From NCBI RefSeq assembly GCF_006345805.1, contig NC_043001.1:13268001-13332000 (forward strand): DNA of 64,000 nt. The letters are read 5' to 3'. Position numbers and translations under genes: made by a program. The notes beneath the pieces are model-generated. The model saw only the letters and a list, made by a program, of their open reading frames with translations. It had not been told where the DNA came from and ran no database searches. Source of the stretch: Octopus sinensis (taxonomy: Eukaryota). The first letter of the stretch is position 1, and every line of letters starts with the position of its first letter. Shown piece after piece: positions 13,788 through 26,233 of the stretch.

Positions 13788-14432
13788 CGTACACATAACA
13801 CACGCAAACACACGCACACATACACATAGACTAAAGTACTCTAGTTGATGCTCCCCGGTAGATTTTAATGCTAAATATTCAGGAAATACCCGGCAGTACA
13901 AACATAAAATTTGAAATAAATGCTATGGTGACTTTTTCTTCATATTTTCATTTGTATTTTAAGGATTTTTTATAACATTTTCTAATATAAAGAACTTACA
14001 ACCTTTCGTGTAGAAAACATTCGTGAAACATAAAATCATAGCCGCATACACACACAGATATTTATATCGTTTATTTGAAGATCTTTTAATGTTGAGTATT
14101 CGGTACCTTCCAGAATAGATTGTACCGCTTTTAACCTTTCTTAAATGCTTTCCCTAAACTAATACATGCAAGTATGTATATATAAATATACACAGAATAT
14201 AGTGTATATGTAAATATATACATACATACATATATATATATATGTATATAATATATATATATATATATATATACACACGTCTACCCGTCTATCCATCTGT
14301 CTATCTGTATATATAACATTAATTAATAAGGGTAGAAATTGATATTAATGAATTAAAACTAATGGGCTGGCATGTTTAAAAATCTTCGGATTATCTGTAT
14401 ATATATACAGATATATATACATATATATATAC

Positions 14433-14513
<81 letters not shown>

Positions 14514-14618
14514 GCAATAATAATAAAAAAGTCGCAACAAAAGATTGAAGCCTCGGTATTAGGTAATTTGAGGATTATTTATATATTTCATAATTCAGAA
14601 CAATCAGTAAGTTGTGAG

Positions 14619-14680
14619 TATATTACTCGGAGTTTCAAATGCCAGAGCGAAGAGCTACGATGCATTCTCGTCGGCTATTA
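14619..14680 (-). ncRNA. Degenerate type-I hammerhead ribozyme motif
   Basis: Minus strand: CCGACGA (U4>C), stem II GAATGC/GCATTT, GAAA, stem III ACT-CCG-AGT, GTA triplet; stem I is weak (3 bp). Confidence 0.4.
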
Positions 14681-16279
14681 ATGGTAATAGACGCAATCAA
14701 AAACCGTTGAAATATGTAAGATAAAAAATACGTAATCATATTCTCACATGCCATAGACATACAACTTTCTGATGTATTTTAATGATGGAACTACCTGATG
14801 CTAGTTTAGAGTTTCCTTTATCCCTACCGTCGCATTTCACTTATTTTATCCCTATAAACTTGATTATGTTGAATAAATGTTATGAACCGATATTTCGAGG
14901 CATCGGGACACTTCAGTTTTATGCAAGTCATGATTTGTAAGGATACAAGAACAATTACTACAAATGAGATGATGGGGTGGTATATATTATCCTTAGATAA
15001 CATTCGCTGCAGCAAATCTTGTAACAGCCCTATAAACTGTTGAGCACATTATTACGCATAGGAAATAAAGACTTACACTGGCGTACCATGAAATGAATTT
15101 TTTGTGTCAATATCTGGAATGTACACCTCTAGCATTGCTTTATGTCAAGTGGTCGTTAATTTTTTAAATCATTATCCTCAAAACACAATCTGACAATATA
15201 TAGAAAACTAATTTTAATTTAAGGAATATCGGATTTTTGTTTTTATTTATTTTTGGTTAAGATAATATTAGTGATCAAAAACATTATTTACGTCGTGAAA
15301 TTTTCATTATTTTCTAACTACCATCGGTCTTATAATCCAGGTTCGTAAAACAAATTTAAGCTGAAAACCACTTAACTTTGATTTCCCTTTTGTTTTGATA
15401 TGCAGGTAATGACTTTATAAGGTAAGGTATAATATCCTATATCGGTTATAATTATGACAAGGAAAGACGTTTTGCGTATACTCATTGCGTTCTGGTCGAA
15501 ATAGATGTTGCTTCTTTATATAAATTGCGGAATTTCTTATGGAATGATGAGAATGACATTGTCTATAACTAAAATAATAATAAATACAACCCGGCTGAGA
15601 AAAGTTGTTATATATATATATATATATATATATGAGAGGTATTGGTATCTAGAAGACTCAGGTGACAGGTAAGGCTATGTCAGTGCTATGGAAGGACTGC
15701 AGTTAAACTCTCGGTTCGATAATGATACGAGTGAGGAATCTACTGCCGGTCTTGTATGAGCATGTATATGTTAAATAAAATACGACAACAAAGCCAAGGC
15801 TGTATGGAATTTTCAAGACATTTATAAAAAGAACGTTAGTATTATTTGAATACATAACGTAAAAGAAATTAGAATATTTAATAACTAAACTATTTTGCAT
15901 ACTTAAACCAGACGTAATAAAGTATATCTTTTAATCTACCAATTTTAATGAGGTATATTAATTTACGCATTTCATAAACAATCTGTAGATTACAGATCTA
16001 TAATGTTACATTTTGTTATGGTGCAAAATAAACAGATATTTATCAGGTATTATGAGATAAATATCTATAATAACATATTCAAATATTACAAATGCTTTTA
16101 CAATTAGTATTTCAAATATCCATAAAGATTAATTTGTAACTCCAAGCAATCATAAGACATCCGAGACTGCACAATAAAGCATATTTAGAGTGCTATTTTT
16201 CTATTAATATATATGGGGGTGGGTACGGAAAATTAGTGTTTGTAGCAGATTCAGATTTTGGTAGAAGGACAGCAATTAT

Positions 16280-16680
16280 GGTGGTCGATTTAAATTGATT
16301 ACATCGATACCAGCGATCCACTGTTGCATAATTTATTGATCACAAAATCATGACAGGAGAAGTCGGCTTGTCCGAAATTTGAACTGGGAACATGAATAGG
16401 GGTGAAATGTCGCTAAGCATTTTGCGCGATGTGCTGACAATTTGCACAATTTATGTATCATATTATAATACATAATATATTAAATGTGGATAAGACGGTG
16501 AGCTGGCTTAATAGTTTACGCGCCGCACCAAATTCTTCGCGGCATTCCGCCTATTTTCACGTTCTAATTTCAAATTCTCCGAGATCAATCTTAGCCTTTC
16601 ACCGTTCCGGTTTCTGTAATATCAGGGAAGCATTGTGTCCGGTGCAAACACTTCTCTTTCCCCCGAAACTGCTAGACTTC
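16280..16680. mobile_element. Two old, diverged family B SINEs head-to-head (16280-16445 minus, 16497-16680 plus)
   Basis: Recognisable B-box and GCTAAGCATTT remnants on opposite strands. Confidence 0.55.
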
Positions 16681-17359
16681 TATCAATATCTAAAACTAAT
16701 ATATCAAACGTTCGTACTGTTATGAAAATGAAAATATATAATACATTATGTATATTAATATTAATTTATTCTTTAAAGTTTGTGCGTATTATAAGAACTG
16801 TGAGAGTGACATTTTGGACAGGGTGGGTATATGTAGCCGCGTTTGTTCTTCTTTTTTGATGCTTCATTATTGATGGATATAGAACAAACAATAAACTTAA
16901 TCACGTTATGATTGTAGAGAGCGAAAAATAATATGCTAAAATATGGAATGCTATAAAGAAATGAATGAAATAAACAGGAAAAAAAGCTATACATATTTAT
17001 AAATACTACACATATTCGGAGAAATACTTAGGATTCTGAAGAAAGCTAATTAAGTTTGGTGACATGGGTTTTTAGGATGGCTGAGTGAAGTCAATATATA
17101 ACATTGTTCAGGAGTTAAAGAGTCTGTTGTCATCGTGCAGAATAATGTATTATCTTTAGCAGATAAATCGTTTAACTGGATTCATTTTATGTTGTATTGT
17201 GTTCTTTATGCCATCAACTAATTTTCCTTTCATCAGTTATTACCACAATCTTATATGTGATTAGTGCAAGTTATGTACATGATACTTGTATAAGATATTT
17301 ACCGTAGGATTCAGAAGAAAATACTTTTATCAACTTTGGATTTTAATTACGCTTGACAT

Positions 17360-17516
17360 CGAGGAAAAGCCCTGCCTGATTTCTCCTCCTTACGCTCTGA
17401 GTTCAAATCTCTGTAAGATTGACACTGCATTTCCTCATTTTCGGGCTAAAATAATAGAAGTATCAATATAGTAGCGGTGGTGCCCCAGCATGGCCGCAGC
17501 CTTCGGGCTGAAACAT
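17360..17516 (+). mobile_element. Old SINE with family-B-like head and CR1-type 3' tail
   Basis: CTCTGAGTTCAAATC B-box; tail GGTGGTGCCCCAGCATGGCCGCAGCCTTCGGGCTGAAAC. Confidence 0.65.
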
Positions 17517-19281
17517 CTTAAAGGATAGTTCTTATATCGTGTTTTTTTTTCTTAATTTTAGAAGTTTTTATACCTGTCGTTATTCTCCTTCACTCCTTGA
17601 CGGTCGGTAACATAAGTATAAATTGAGCAATGGTGCCGGTGTCTTTTACTATCATTGCTGATATTTTATCAATATTTTATGCAATTATTATTACTCTTGC
17701 AATTGCTTCTGTTAACAAGATTTCGATAGATTTAGGATGACCGTATTAGATGCGGAAATGCATATATAATCCAAAAGTGTTGATTATGTGCAAACATCTC
17801 TTTTCGGATGAAGAGATGTATTTGTGTGTACATGTGGTTTCCCGTGTTACGGAGAATTAATATTTATACCTTATGTGTCAAATGTGCGTCAGTTATTATA
17901 ATTATCGTCACTTAATTAATATGTAAATATTGTAAAATTAGAATTCTAATTAGAGCTACACATCAGCGTTCGAATCAGTATAGACATATTCATTACGTCT
18001 ACATTATTTCTCTTTGATTTCTGTTTCTTTCACCCTTAAACAATACATCAACATATAACGCTGTATTTACTTTCTCCTCTTACTGTGTTCTCATAACTAA
18101 AGTATATTCAAGAAATATTAAAAATAATATAAATAAATAGACAAAAACACACGGAGTCAAAACCATAAAAAAAGCAACCAACACTTTGATGATGAATAAA
18201 AGATTACAATTCAATAAATAATAGAGAAATAGGAAGCTATTCTTGTAAAGTCTTTTCAGATATTTGAATTATTTCTCAATTCATATTTGAATCGATAATA
18301 TTTATAGAATTCGTAATAAGGTGTTTCATTTAGATATAAGGGAGATGAAATATTGTTGTTATTATTAAAAATATTAATATTAAATCGCTATATTTAGAAA
18401 TATATATTTCCGATATTTTCTTCATTTCAATTGTAACATGTTAGTATATTCTCAATCATTTAGCGTCTTCGGTGATTCTTATTCTAAACTTGAATAAGGG
18501 ACGAAATAAATTTATTTTAAATATACATCTATGTATAAAATCCTACTCAAAAATCGTTAATTAAAAATCGAATACATAATCAATATCTAAATGAAATGTC
18601 TCAATTTCAGTCAAATAAATTTTAAAATGTATTTCCAAACAGCATAAAACATAAATATATATAATTAATGTATATATATTTTATGAATCCTCTACACTCC
18701 TAATGAAATATCATCAATTTTGGCTGTGAATTATCTGCCATATATAAATATCTGTTTACTCATCATTCAGAAAACGGTTATGTATTCTGTTATAATGCTT
18801 ACCATTTATGTTCTTTTTCATATTAAAATATATTTCTGTGATCTTAATGTAAAATAATAATTTTTAAATAAATTTATTATTCTATATGTTTTTCATGCAT
18901 ATATTGTAACATTAACTATCAGTAAGATTTCCATTGGTATCATGTGTAAATAAAGTTCCAAATTACCATAAGACATTCATATTCATTGAAAGAAATGCTA
19001 GAATACTGTTGGCAGAATATATATATATATTTTTTTTGTTTTCTTCTGGTTGAGTATTTTGTTTGCTTCTCTCCACATTTTTATTATAATAAAAAATATG
19101 TGCTTAAAGTGAAGATTATATACACTCAGTTATATACAGGCAAAAAAGTTGACTTTGCAAAACCAATGTATTACTGAGGAAGTGTGTGCGTATGTGCGTT
19201 CATGCGTTTCTGTGTGTACGGAAAGAGAGATATATAGTCTGACGTACATAAACATATATATATACTTATGTATGTATATAT

Positions 19282-19361
<80 letters not shown>

Positions 19362-19383
19362 ATATATATATGTATGTATATAT

Positions 19384-19430
<47 letters not shown>

Positions 19431-19504
19431 GGTGGTGGGTTGTCTGTGTTTATATATATATGTATTTGGGTGCCTGTATTTCTCCCCACCACCACCACCA
19501 CCAC

Positions 19505-20039
19505 CACTTGGCAACCAATGTTGGTAAAACAGACCGAAAGAGTATGCACTAGGCTTACAAAGAATAAGCCCTGGAGTTGATTTTTCCTCTACAGGTGGGT
19601 CTCAAACATGGCCGCAGTATGACTGAAACAAGTAAAAGAATAAAAGAAAAAGAATAAGAATATATACTTTTTTATTGGTTTCAGTCATTTGTCTGCGGCC
19701 ACGCCTTTAGACGAGCAAATCGACGCTGAGACTTACTCTTTGTGAGCCTAGTACTTAAGATATCGTTCTCTTTTACCAAACCGCTAAGTTATGAGAACGT
19801 AAACACACCAGCGTCGTTTCTCAAGCGATTCTGGCAGAGCAAACACAGACACACACACGCACATATACATACATGTATAAACGATGGGTTTCTTTCAGTT
19901 TCCGTCTACGAAAACCACCCACGAGGCTTTAGTGAGCCAGAGGTTATAGTAGAAGAAACTTGCCCACGGTGTCACTCAGTGAGGACTGAACCCGGAAACA
20001 CGTTGTTGGTAAGCAAGCTTCATACCGGCCATTCCTGCA

Positions 20040-20092
<53 letters not shown>

Positions 20093-20093
20093 T

Positions 20094-20124
<31 letters not shown>

Positions 20125-20420
20125 TACTCTTTTATTCTTTTACTTGTTTCACTAATTTGACTGCGACCATGCTGGAGCACCGCCTTTGATCGAGCAACTC
20201 GACCCCGGGACTTATTCTTTTGTAAGCCCAGTACACGCATATATATATATACATATATACGACGGGCTTCTTTTCAGTTTCCGTCTACCAAATCCACTCT
20301 CAAGGCTTTGGTCGGCCCGAGGCTATAGTAGAAGACACTTGCCCAAGGTGCCACGCTGTGGGACTGAACCCGGAACCATGTGGTTTGTAAACAAGCTACT
20401 TACCACACAGCCACTCCTAC
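19505..20420. mobile_element. Cluster of three family A SINEs (19505-19650 plus 3' half; 19672-20041 minus; 20131-20420 minus, internally deleted)
   Basis: Direct similarity to 9548-9977. Confidence 0.85.
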
Positions 20421-20431
20421 GTATATATATA

Positions 20432-20549
<118 letters not shown>

Positions 20550-21069
20550 TATATATACACATTTATCTATTTAGTCATATGTATGTATATATGTATGTAT
20601 GTGTGTATATTTCGCGTATGAATATATGCTACAATAACAAACGAAGTAATAACCATTCAGGAGATGAAAAAAATCGCAAGCTTAAACGAACCGAGTGTTT
20701 GCAATCGTTAAACAAATTTGATTTAATAATTTGAAATCTCAGTAGTCCTTAATTACAAATCATGCATGTTAAGTGTGATCCCTTAACGTTTGGATTATGA
20801 CTTTAAGCCTGCGTCATTTCGATTTCAAAAATATCAAATTGTAAATCCACAGCCAAATGAGTTTGAATGCATTTAACCTCCAAACGAACGATCGGTATGG
20901 TAAAGGAAATTTAAATTCGTCAATTTTCATTTAGAGATGAAGAATTCGGTTAAGCTTGGAGTTCATTACTAGAAGCAGATCCTATTGGGCTAGCGGCATT
21001 CAATTTTCCTGCAAAGTCAGCGAGTGTAAATAACATTTGACAATTATTACTCCCAGGAAATAAATACTA

Positions 21070-21203
21070 TTGATGATGATGGTAGATATGATGGTGGCGG
21101 TGGAGGTGGTGGTGGTGGTGGTGGTGGTGGTGGTTGGTGGTGGTGGTGGTGGTGGTGGTGGTGGTGGTGGTGGTGGTGTTGATGGTGGTGGTGGTGATGA
21201 TGG

Positions 21204-21234
<31 letters not shown>

Positions 21235-21437
21235 GATGATACTGATGATGATTATAGTTGTAATAAAAATAAGTAGAAGAAGGAGAAGGAGAAGAAGGAG
21301 GAGAAGAAGAAGAAGAAGAAGAAGAAGAAGAAGAAGAAGAAGAAGAAGAAAAAAAAGAAGAAGAAGAAGAAGAAGGAGAAGAAGAAGAAGAAGAAGAAGA
21401 AGAAGAAGAAGAAGAAGAAGAAGAAGAAGAAGAAGAA
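21070..21437. repeat. Compound microsatellite (GGT)n-(GAT)n-(GAA)n
   Basis: Directly visible; explains the low-complexity ORFs in all frames. Confidence 0.97.
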
Positions 21438-21469
21438 TATTTTCTACTGGAGGCACATGCCCTGAAATT

Positions 21470-21595
21470 TTGAGAAAGGAAAGTAGTCGAGTATATCGAC
21501 CCCGGTGTTTTCATAGGTACTTAATTTATCGATCCCGAAAGGATGAAGGTCATAGTCGACCTCGGCAGAATTTGAACTCAGGACGATTCTGCCAA
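21470..21595 (-). mobile_element. SINE family B fragment
   Basis: GTCGACCTCGGCAGAATTTGAACTCAG on the plus strand. Confidence 0.75.
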
Positions 21596-21629
21596 CAAAC
21601 TATTCAGCCTGCTCGTGCATGGAGAATTT

Positions 21630-22416
21630 CATAGAGATGTTGAAGATATGACAGAGTAAAAATATTTAAAACCGGAAACGGGGGCTCTAATCTGTGCTGT
21701 CCAAGAGCAAGCGTTAAGAACCAATTATATACAATACAGAATAGACACCATAACTGAAAGTGGTACGTGTAGAATGCGCGGATAAAATGATGAAACCGTA
21801 TGGCATATGACCAGTCAATGTATGCCACTAGCCCAGAAAGAATATAAGAGGTGTCATGACAACATAGCAAGGATTGTCCACTGGACACTTTGCAATATGT
21901 ATGGACTTGACATGGAAAACAGTTGTGGAAACAAAAGCCCGAAGGCATCATTGAAAATGATAATGCAAAGATTCTATGGGATTTTATTATTCAATGCGAT
22001 CATGAGATAGAGGAAAAGAAACCAGACATAGTATAAATTAAGAAAGAAAGCAAATGGCATTGGATCATAGATACAGTATGCCTAGCTGACAAAAAGATAG
22101 GCAATAAGGAAGAAAGAAAAGTCGATAAATATGACAGGTTAACTTGGGAGGTTAAGCAGTTGTGGTCGCTGAAAACCGTAATAGTATTACTAATAATTGT
22201 CGGAGCCCAGAGAACAGTGAATAAAAATCTTGAGAAGTACATGGAACAAACGGGCTGCAATAAGGTTGGAGCACTTTCAGAAAACAGCACTTCTTGGAAC
22301 CACTCGAATACTCCGGAAGGTGCTCGGAAAATAAGAGGTGTTGCCTTAGATTGCAGGTAGTGAACAGCTGACACCGTAGTACATCTCCAGCGTTAGAAGC
22401 TGTGCAAATATGATAA

Positions 22417-22420
<4 letters not shown>
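21630..22420 (+). pseudogene. R4/Dong-type (RLE) LINE 3' fragment, degenerate
   Basis: QEQALRTNY, CCHC-knuckle remnant (C..RG..ETVWHMTSQC), HDNIARIVHW, ILWDF, KPDIV, DKYDRL; has stops and frameshifts. Confidence 0.85.
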
Positions 22421-22507
<87 letters not shown>

Positions 22508-22552
22508 CTACTACTACTACTATTAGTGCTAGTAATAATAATGATGATGATG

Positions 22553-22617
<65 letters not shown>

Positions 22618-22618
22618 C

Positions 22619-23395
22619 AGTATAGACATTGTATAAAGAGTGAAAGGCGAACGCTTGCCAAGTATTTTGATAAATAGTGATGAAGACATGCTGCCATATG
22701 CCGCGAAATTTATGGGTTTAAATGCAAATGAAATTATGGGCAATGAAGAGTTTAACCAAAGAGCGGAGGAGAAGAGAAAAGAAGACCTACTTGAAAGGAA
22801 TACACAGGACGTTAATACAGCATCGTGGGCATGGGTTAAGTGTATCTTCATTGGTTCTTATGCTGTAAATACCAATAGGAAGTACGAGAGAACTGGTATG
22901 AACATGTACCAAGTAAAGTTATGCAGGAAAATGGAAAAGTAACGCTACTCTGGGATTATGATTTTCAGACGGATCGTGTCATCGAACACCGTCGGCCGGA
23001 TATTGTCATATTGAATAAGAGTGACGAATACTATCAGATCATTGATGCAGCCATACCAAATGACGTGAATATTGTGAGTAAAAAGGTTGAAATTTCACCG
23101 AGTACTCCGAATTGAAAGTGGAATTGGCAAGACTGTATGGAACGCGAGAGGGTAATGTAAAAGTGATGCCAGTGCTGATCGGAGCGTTGGGCTCAATCCC
23201 ATTGAAACTTCAATACTTCTTAAGGCATCTGGAAGGCTCATGCAAGATTGATGTCTTGCAAAAAGCAGCCTTATTGAGCACAGCGCACATGTGAAAGAAA
23301 GTATTATTTGACTGAGGTCTTTGTGACTTGACAGATGACTAAAGACTCCGGTGCATTTTTACCTACACCGTGTTATGAAAGAATAATTATATAAT
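22619..23395 (+). pseudogene. Second R4/Dong-type LINE 3' fragment beginning immediately after (AAT)n
   Basis: VTLLWDYDFQTDRVIEHRRPDIVILNK..IIDAAIPND (PD-(D/E)xK endonuclease), VLIGALGSIP, LQKAALLSTAH. Confidence 0.88.
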
Positions 23396-23399
23396 CCGT

Positions 23400-23700
23400 A
23401 AAATCTGAAATTTCAAGTATTTGATGCATGAAAATTGGAAATGTTGTGCCTGTAATAATTGTTGCATTAGAAACTGTGAGCAAAGTTATAGAAAATCGTT
23501 GAGGAAGATTGGAATAGAATGTCCTGCAGAGCTTCTACAGAAAGTTTGCCTTTTAGGAACAGAAAAGATTATCAGGAAGATTTTAAACACTTGAAAGCCC
23601 ATTGAAAGCTTGTGGATAAGTAAAGGTAAACGTAGTAACCCACTTTCCACATAAATACTACCAGAATAAGAACGAACCTAAGTCAAATAAAAGGCATGTT
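23400..23700 (+). pseudogene. Third short RLE-LINE 3' fragment
   Basis: VVPVIIVALETVSK..LRKIGIECPAELLQKVCLLGTEKIIRKIL, a typical C-terminal motif. Confidence 0.6.
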
Positions 23701-24127
23701 ACAGCCAATATTCTGCTCATTACCACAGATTTGCTTGTCATTAGCCTGCGCTTAACAAGTTCAGCGTACACCTCAATGGCTCACAATATGTGCACCTTTA
23801 ATCAAGAGCAGAGGCAGTGGGGGTGGATCATAGCCATATTTTGAGTGGAATTTTTGGGGTTTGAATAATGCAACTCTGGAAACATGGGTGTTTAGTTCGA
23901 CATCATTAAATGAACTTCATGCACAGACATTTTGCGCGGAATGTGCTACACGACCTGAAGAAAATTCTAACTGGGCCTTACCTGCAAGGTCATGCGACCA
24001 TGTCGCGCACATATGGTTGTGATGCATATGCCTTGTGTAACCTTATCAGACAGGTTGTCATTGTAGATATATAGGGTTTCATATATTTGTACCTCAGGGT
24101 CACTCTAATAGCATGTGCTGCTCTCTC

Positions 24128-24130
<3 letters not shown>
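23700..24130 (+). mobile_element. 5'-truncated, diverged copy of the (AAT)n-associated non-coding element
   Basis: Aligns to 48916-49471; intact 3' end GCTCTCTC(A) followed by (AAT)n. Confidence 0.8.
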
Positions 24131-24190
<60 letters not shown>

Positions 24191-24334
24191 TAATAATAAT
24201 AGTAATAATAATTAGAAGAAGAAGAAGAAGAAGAAGAAGAAGAAAAGAAGAAGAAGAAGAAGAAGAAGAAGAAGAAGAATTATGCTGACAAGTACTGCCT
24301 TTAGAAAAATCCTATCCATACAATTATCCATTCA

Positions 24335-24850
24335 AATGTCAGAGTTCAATTCTGCCGAGTTCGACTTTACTTTCCATCCTTTTGGGGTCGATTAAATATG
24401 TACCAGTTACGCAATGGGGTCGATCGAATCGACTTAATCCGTTTGACTGTCCTTGTTTGCTCTCTTTGTGTTTAGCCCCTTGTGGGTAGCAAAGAAACAG
24501 GTATTTCGTCAGCCGTTGCGTTCTGAGTTCAAATTCCGCCGAGGTCGACATTGCCTTTTATCCTTTCGGCGTCGATAAATTAAGTACCAGTTACGCACTG
24601 GGGTCAATGTAATCGACTTAATCCCTTTTGTCTGTCCTTGTTTGTCCCCTCTATGTTTAGCCCCTTGTGGGTAGTAGAGAAATAGCTATTTAAGTCGGTC
24701 TTCATGATTTGAGTGCTAATTCTGCCGACGTCGACTTTGCCCTTCAACCTTACGTGGTCGATAAACTAAGTACCGTGGAACACTGCGGGTCGATGTAATT
24801 GACTCCCCGCCTTCCCCAAAAAGGTTGCACTCGGGGAAAAAATTGAAACC
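24335..24850 (+). mobile_element. Three tandem family B body units
   Basis: Junctions AAAGAAACA|GGTATTTCGTC (24500/24501) and AGAGAAATA|GCTATTT (~24684). The last unit is older and has the GAAACC-(ATT) tail. Confidence 0.88.
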
Positions 24851-25727
24851 ATTATTGTTCATTATTATTATTACTTGTCTCAGATTCCAAGAAGTATATT
24901 ATTCTATTGCCTGAGAGTAACTTGTGTATAGTCATTCAATTAATTCAAATGATAGGACCCTTACGTAAATCACATGCAACAAGGCAATTCAATGCGCCTG
25001 TATTATTGACTTTTTGCATCGAATAATACCAACTACAATCCGAATAGCTTATTTGTTTATGAATTGTGAGACGAAGAAATATTATAATGTACGTGTTATG
25101 ATTTTTATATACTAAACGGATCTATAAATATATGCTGCGAAAATAATTTTTTTTAATAACAGTAATGTGTGGAGTATACTCCAGTAAATGCATTGTTTCT
25201 ATAGAAGAACAAAGAATTTAATATTTTGCTTGAATTTTATTATTCAAATATACACATTAAGAATTACGCAAAGGTTTGTTTGGAGTTACATATTGCTTTT
25301 ATGCACGTATTTTATAACGATAAATATAATTAACTAATTATTAATACATTTACGTATTACATTACTGAATTAGTAATCTATGAAAATGCAGTTAGATATC
25401 AGATTATTACATAATGGTATTCAATTTATATGCAATAAAATGATGTTGCATGAATCCAATTATTGGCAAATGAGAATGGTTATAATTTTTGCAAATATAT
25501 TATATACAGTTAATGAGATTGCTTATTTTAAACAGGAAAACATTATCATGAATAAGATATAGATTATTATTTAACAAGGACGTAGAAATTCTAGAGTGTT
25601 TATCGCTTGCAGAAATATTTATTGAGCAATGAATTCTAATGTTTGCGTATTCTATCAAAAATCCATTTTATATCCATATAAATGACGCATTTTTACTCAG
25701 AATCTGTTAATATATTTTACAATAACA

Positions 25728-26233
25728 TGTCGGCGGAAAATAACATCACTAGGTGAGACAAGCCGACACTGAATTAGCTTTGTTGATTGACAGATGACGG
25801 TATCGTTTAGAGAATGCGTGGGCTGAGACGACGCGCCTTCATTGGTCAGTTAAAGTTGCGACAGTGTCACGTGACAATTTGTTGGGGCGGCCTGCTGGAG
25901 CTTGCAGGCAGGTATTTAAAGGAAAGAATTTCAGAAGACAGTCAGTCGCCCACTGACACTCGTGGACGCTACATCGAAGAGGCCAGGTAACAGAAAAAAG
26001 AAGGAGAAAGTAAACATGCACCCAACACCAGAGCTGAAGACACCTCCAAAAGGGGGCGGCCAGCCACGTCAAAACGGTAGAGGAGTAAGGGCCGAAACCG
26101 GACATGGTTCCTCCTGATGATATCTTGAACTAACTGGATCCTATAAAGGAGCTGTTGTGGTAGCAGACCACGAAACACGGTTGAAATTCCTCCTATACCA
26201 TAACATTTTTTAAACTCTTGTTTTTTCTGGACA
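25728..26233 (+). mobile_element. Solo-LTR-like GC-rich block containing a Pol II core promoter
   Basis: TGTC...GACA termini; ATTGG (25841), palindromic E-box TGTCACGTGACA (25865-25876), GGGGCGG (25884), TATTTAAA (25913), Inr TCAGTC (A at 25944). No clear target-site duplication. Confidence 0.45.

Noticed and set aside
26094-26120. GAAAC…GTT…CTGATGA (permuted hammerhead-like words) in the LTR-like block
   Set aside because: Only 4 nt lie between the triplet and CTGATGA, so stem I cannot form, and there is no stem II pairing (GGCC versus TATC).
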